A stretch of 64,000 nucleotides of DNA, taken from assembly GCA_025999395.1 (NCBI GenBank), contig AP024682.1:69386-133385 (forward strand). Reading direction: 5' to 3'. The DNA is from Candidatus Parcubacteria bacterium (GTDB taxonomy: Bacteria > Patescibacteriota > Minisyncoccia > UBA6257 > JAGOQP01). The position numbers and the translations under genes were made by a program. Of this stretch, positions 59,840-64,000 are shown in pieces. How positions within the stretch are numbered: the first letter of the stretch is position 1; each line of letters begins with the position of its first letter. The notes under the pieces are model-generated. The model was not told the DNA's origin and did no database searches. It was given only the letters and a program-made list of their open reading frames with translations.

Positions 59840-60961
59840 CTAAGAAGATCTAATTGGCATTACAATGTAAACAAAAGTTTGATCTCCCACCGCTTTAATT
59901 AAACTGGCTTTTTCTTCTCCATTTAATCCCCAAAAAATCTCTTCTGACTTAAAATTTTTAATTCCATCTAGTAAAAATTTCCAGTTAAAAGTAATTTGAC
60001 TAACACTACCTTTAATTTTAGCGGGTAAAAGATATTCATTTTCTCCAAATTCTGAACTAGAAGAGGAAATTTTTATATTTTTTAAATTATCACTAACCTC
60101 AAAACGGACCTCGTTTAGGCGATTAGAAAAAGAGCTGGTGAGTTTTAAAGCATTAATAAAATCCTCTTTTTCCAAAACAATTTCTGTTTCAAAGGATTTA
60201 GGAATTACCATCTCATAATCCGGAAAATTTCCTTCTATTAAGCGAGAAATAATTGAGGTTTGTTGAGTTTCGAAAAGAACCTGATTTTCTTCGAAAAAGA
60301 TTTTGATATTTCCTTCCTTTAAAGAGGAAAAAATTTTAATCACTTCTTGAATAGTTCTTAAAGGAATAATAAAAGAAACCTCTTTTTCTAATTGAGTCTC
60401 AAATTTTTTAGTAGTAATTGTTTTTTCTGCTAATCGAAAACTATCAGTAGCCACCAACTTAATTTGGTTATCTTTAAAAGAAAAAAAGACTCCGGAAAGT
60501 TCGGGACGAAATTCTGAAGTTTGGCAAGCAGGAACAACATAAAGCAAGCTTTCTATAAAGACACCACTTTCAATAGTAAAAAAGTTGTTCTTTCTTCTTT
60601 CTACTTGAGGGATAATTGGATAATCGTCTTTAGGAACGGTAGTGATTCGAGCTTTGTAATTATCGGTACTTATTAGTAAATTTCCCTTTTTAAGTTCTAA
60701 ATTTACCCTTTCAAAAGAGAGATTATTAATGATTTGAGAAAAAATTTGATAAGGAATTACTACTGATCCCCCCTCAATATTTTTACTAGAAACAAAGTGA
60801 GTAATTCCAATTTCTAAATCAGTAGCCGACATTTTTAATCCTCCGTCAGTTGTTTCTAAAAGAAAATTCTTTAAAACCGGAAGATTACTAGATTCTTTTC
60901 TAGCTCCTGAAATTATCGATAATCCTTCTTTTAAATTAGTTTTTAGTGCGACAACATTCAT
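59840..60961 (-). CDS. dnaN: DNA polymerase III beta sliding clamp
   Basis: 373 aa; three-domain beta-clamp pattern; located immediately downstream of dnaA. Confidence 0.9.
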   Translation of the reverse strand: MNVVALKTNLKEGLSIISGARKESSNLPVLKNFLLETTDGGLKMSATDLEIGITHFVSSKNIEGGSVVIPYQIFSQIINNLSFERVNLELKKGNLLISTDNYKARITTVPKDDYPIIPQVERRKNNFFTIESGVFIESLLYVVPACQTSEFRPELSGVFFSFKDNQIKLVATDSFRLAEKTITTKKFETQLEKEVSFIIPLRTIQEVIKIFSSLKEGNIKIFFEENQVLFETQQTSIISRLIEGNFPDYEMVIPKSFETEIVLEKEDFINALKLTSSFSNRLNEVRFEVSDNLKNIKISSSSSEFGENEYLLPAKIKGSVSQITFNWKFLLDGIKNFKSEEIFWGLNGEEKASLIKAVGDQTFVYIVMPIRSS

Positions 60962-61119
60962 ATCTTCTTCTATTGCTTTAATTATAAAGATAGTAGTAGT
61001 TTTAGTTAGGTTTGTGTTTTTTGGGGAAAATTTATTCTAACTAATTAAGACCTTTGTTTTTTTTAATTCTGATTTTTTATAAGGTGGGGAAGGGTTGTTG
61101 ATTGACTGGGGAAAAGAAA

Positions 61120-62493
61120 TTATCCGGATGAATTGTTTTTATAAATCATTTCTTTAATAATTGAAATTTTTTGGCTTAAAGCTTTATCTTTTATTATTTC
61201 TTTAGAAATTTTTTCATAAGAATGAATGGCGGTGGTGTGGTCTCTTTTTCCCATCTTATCCCCAATGTCTGGGTAAGACATCCCCAGCATATCCCTCATT
61301 AAAAACATTGCGATTTGACGGGGAAGAACCACTTCTTTTCTCCGGGATTTATTAATTAATTCGTTTTGGTTAATTTCAAAGAATTGACTAACTGCTTTAA
61401 TGATTTGTAAGGGATTGATAGCAACAGCGCTTTGTTGAATAACTGAATTGATTATTTCTTCGGCGGTTTTTAAATCAATGTTATTAGTTCCCTTAAATTC
61501 CTGATAAAAATGGAGTTTATTGATAATTCCCTCAATTTCTCTAACACTTCTCTGAAGTTTGGAAGCAATGAGGTGACAAATGTTGTCAGCTAATTCAATT
61601 CCTTTTTCTAAGGTTTTGTTTTTAATAATTGCCAATCTCATTTCATAATCTGGGTAAGTAATATCAGCAATCATTCCTCCCTCAAAGCGGGAACGCAACC
61701 TTTCCTCTAAGGTTGAAATAGCAGAAGGGGGACGATCGGAAGAAATGATAATTTGTTTGTTATTTTGATAAAGAAGATTAAAAGTGTGAAAGAACTCTTC
61801 CTGACTTCTTTCTTTTCCTCCAATAAATTGAATATCATCAATAATTAAAACATCTACTGAGCGGTACTTATTTTTAACATCCTCCATTCTTTTAGAACGA
61901 ATAGCCCAAACCACATCATTAACAAATTTTTCTGAAGGAACATACTTTACTTTAATTTGGTTGTTGTAATTTTTTACAATTTCATTTCCAATTGCTTGAA
62001 TTAAGTGGGTTTTTCCTAAACCCGTACCCCCATAAACAAAAAAGGGATTATACTTTTTTCCTACCGCTTTAGTAATTGCTACTGCTGCTGTATAAGCTAA
62101 TTCATTAGAAGAGCCAACAACAAAATTTTTAAAAGAATAGCGAGGATGAAGGTTGGTTTCGGGATCGGTATTAATTTGAGCAATTTCCTTTTGAGGAAAA
62201 TGATTGGCTATTGGCTTTTGAAAACCATCTTCTTCTTTGTTTTTAGAAATTACCACGTATTCTACTCGACTAATTGAGCTATCGATTTCCTGAAGAGCTT
62301 CCAAAATGATTTTGTGATATTTAGTTTGAATCCATTCTTTAGAGAAAGTGTTGTTAACTCCTACAATTGCTACTCCGGTTTCGTCGTTTTTGTCGAGAAG
62401 ACAGCTATTTTTAAACCAAGTTAAAAAGTTTGGTTTTGAAATTTGTAGCTCTATTGAAGCAAGTACCTTTTCCCAAACTTTTTTTAATTCCAT
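61120..62493 (-). CDS. dnaA: chromosomal replication initiator DnaA
   Basis: 457 aa; AAA+ Walker A GGTGLGKTHL; C-terminal DNA-binding domain with the basic loop and helix. Confidence 0.95.
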   Translation of the reverse strand: MELKKVWEKVLASIELQISKPNFLTWFKNSCLLDKNDETGVAIVGVNNTFSKEWIQTKYHKIILEALQEIDSSISRVEYVVISKNKEEDGFQKPIANHFPQKEIAQINTDPETNLHPRYSFKNFVVGSSNELAYTAAVAITKAVGKKYNPFFVYGGTGLGKTHLIQAIGNEIVKNYNNQIKVKYVPSEKFVNDVVWAIRSKRMEDVKNKYRSVDVLIIDDIQFIGGKERSQEEFFHTFNLLYQNNKQIIISSDRPPSAISTLEERLRSRFEGGMIADITYPDYEMRLAIIKNKTLEKGIELADNICHLIASKLQRSVREIEGIINKLHFYQEFKGTNNIDLKTAEEIINSVIQQSAVAINPLQIIKAVSQFFEINQNELINKSRRKEVVLPRQIAMFLMRDMLGMSYPDIGDKMGKRDHTTAIHSYEKISKEIIKDKALSQKISIIKEMIYKNNSSG

Positions 62494-62732
62494 AGAAATG
62501 AGAGTAAAAGCAAATAACTAGTTAAAAATTTCTCTTATGAATTCTAACTTGTTGATAGTTTAATGAAAATAGGGGAAAAGTCAAAAAAGGGGATAACCTG
62601 TGGATTTCTTTTTGTTGTTTAGATGTTTGTTTTTGTTTGCTATTTTATAGGTTTTTTGTTAGTCTTTTTTTGTTGAGACTAGGGTAGTAAGTTTTTTTAA
62701 TTAGAATTAATTAGCAAAGCAAAAAGATAAGT

Positions 62733-62867
62733 ATGTCTGTAACTTATCAACCCAAAAAAAAGAAAAGAAAAAGAACCCACGGATTTCTAAAAAGAATGAG
62801 AAAGCCGGGAGGAAGAAGGGTTTTGGCGCGCCGAAGAGCGAAAGGAAGAAAACGTCTAACTGTTTAG
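62733..62867 (+). CDS. rpmH: 50S ribosomal protein L34 (missed by the ORF track because it is below the length cutoff)
   Basis: Manual translation gives [44 protein letters not shown], a near-consensus L34. Confidence 0.9.
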   Translation: MSVTYQPKKKKRKRTHGFLKRMRKPGGRRVLARRRAKGRKRLTV

Positions 62868-62881
62868 AATAATTGAGCTTT

Positions 62882-63223
62882 ATGTTGCCCTCTAAATATC
62901 GCCTTTCCACTTCTTTTTTTAAAGAAATAGCTCAACAAGAAAGAAAACCCGATCAAATTGTTTCCTCGAAATATTTTTCCGCAAAGATTTATTTTTCCCG
63001 AAACGATTTTTCTCGATTTGCAGTAGTAGCTAACTCCTCTTCCTTTAAAAAGGCGGTTTTGAGGAATCGCTTAAGAAGAATTGTTTATGAAATTTTAAGG
63101 AAAGGGGATTTTTTTAAAAAACCTGGATTGGATGTAGTGGTGGTTCTTAGGCCTCAAGCTTCCTTCTTAAATCAGGAAACCAGAAAAGAATTGGAAGAGG
63201 AAATTAAGAAAATCTTTTCTTGA
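62882..63223 (+). CDS. rnpA: ribonuclease P protein component
   Basis: The track ORF starts at TTG 62873; ATG at 62882 is the more likely start; RNR motif region LRNRLRRIVYE; synteny rpmH-rnpA-yidC. Confidence 0.85.
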   Translation: MLPSKYRLSTSFFKEIAQQERKPDQIVSSKYFSAKIYFSRNDFSRFAVVANSSSFKKAVLRNRLRRIVYEILRKGDFFKKPGLDVVVVLRPQASFLNQETRKELEEEIKKIFS

Positions 63224-63261
63224 ATTAGAATTAGAAAAATAATTAAGTCTTAATTTTAACA

Positions 63262-63924
63262 ATGAGCTATCTTTTTAATGAATTTCTTTACCGCCCCCTT
63301 TTAAACCTTTTGTTTTTTCTTTATGACTTTGTTTGGAGTGATTTGGGGGTAGCCATTATTCTTTTAACAATTTTGGTAAGATTGTTGCTTTTGCCGCTTT
63401 TTTATAAAAGCGCTCAAAGTCAATCGGTTCTTCAAAAAATTTCTCCTCAAATTAGAGAGATCCAAAAAAAATATAGAGACGACAAAGAAAAGCAAGTTCA
63501 AGAAATGTTGGCGGTTTATAAGCAACACAAGGTTAATCCCTTTTCTGGTTTTTTGTTGATGATTATTCAGTTGCCTATTTTAATTGCCCTTTATAAGGTT
63601 TTTTGGGGAGGTTTTTCGGCGGAGATTTTAAAAAATCTTTATTCCTTTATTGAAATCCCCCAAGATATTAGTTATTCTTTTTTGGGGGTAGTTAATCTTA
63701 ATCAAAGAAATTTGATTTTGGTGATTTTAGCGGCCCTCTTCCAATATTTTCAGTCAAAGCTTTTACTGGATTTGAGTAAAAACAAAAAAGAAAAAAGAGT
63801 TCTCCAAAATCAAGAAAAGTCAGGTTCTTCTCAGGAATTAGCAGAAAAATTTTCCCGACAGATGATTTTTCTTTGGTCCCTTCTTAACTTTAATTATTCT
63901 TTATCCCTTACCTTCGGCAATTAG
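63262..63924 (+). CDS. yidC: membrane protein insertase YidC (short form); apparent frameshift near 63865, with the C-terminus continuing in another frame to the window end
   Basis: The N-terminal TM region and the KQHKVNPFSGFLLMIIQLPILIALY region match YidC. The YidC C-terminal signature (PLPSAISLYWLTTSVFSVIQQ) is encoded in the +1 frame after a T-run. Confidence 0.8.
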   Translation: MSYLFNEFLYRPLLNLLFFLYDFVWSDLGVAIILLTILVRLLLLPLFYKSAQSQSVLQKISPQIREIQKKYRDDKEKQVQEMLAVYKQHKVNPFSGFLLMIIQLPILIALYKVFWGGFSAEILKNLYSFIEIPQDISYSFLGVVNLNQRNLILVILAALFQYFQSKLLLDLSKNKKEKRVLQNQEKSGSSQELAEKFSRQMIFLWSLLNFNYSLSLTFGN

Positions 63925-64000
63925 TCTTTATTGGTTGACAACCTCCGTTTTTTCAGTTATTCAACAAGTAATAATTAATAGGAAATTAAGAGGAAAAGAA

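Overview
Low-GC (roughly one-third GC by eye), gene-dense bacterial sequence with short intergenic regions and many small membrane or secreted proteins. This resembles a Candidate Phyla Radiation/Patescibacteria-type genome, which is an inference from composition and gene content only. Most of the window is housekeeping: clpB, an htrA-like protease, cysteine desulfurase, phosphohexomutase, ftsK, rodZ-like, recA, an LCP protein, folD-glyA, metG-tatD, an M16 peptidase, glyQS, recO, pnp/rpsO, a xer-type recombinase, gyrA, rpsA, ftsH, DedA, yebC-ruvC, a class A PBP, and the replication-origin neighbourhood (dnaN-dnaA on the minus strand, rpmH-rnpA-yidC on the plus strand) at the right end. Three tRNAs are present: Leu-UAG, Val-UAC and an Ile-like tRNA with anticodon UAU. 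Four accessory-looking regions stand out. First, a seven-gene copper/thiol-redox operon under a CsoR-family repressor (23891..24163) and ending with a CopA P-type ATPase plus a Met-rich protein. Second, a strikingly GC-rich two-gene SPFH (band 7) cassette with an NfeD-like partner, wedged between tRNA-Leu and a tyrosine recombinase, with its own strong promoter, a structured leader and a terminator. Third, a tandem array of seven paralogous small secreted two-helix membrane proteins with hypervariable N-terminal regions (41247-44367). Fourth, a ~600-bp repeat- and palindrome-dense intergenic region upstream of an expanded YraN-family gene. The ORF track misses rpmH (L34). yidC shows an apparent frameshift in a T-run just before the window ends.
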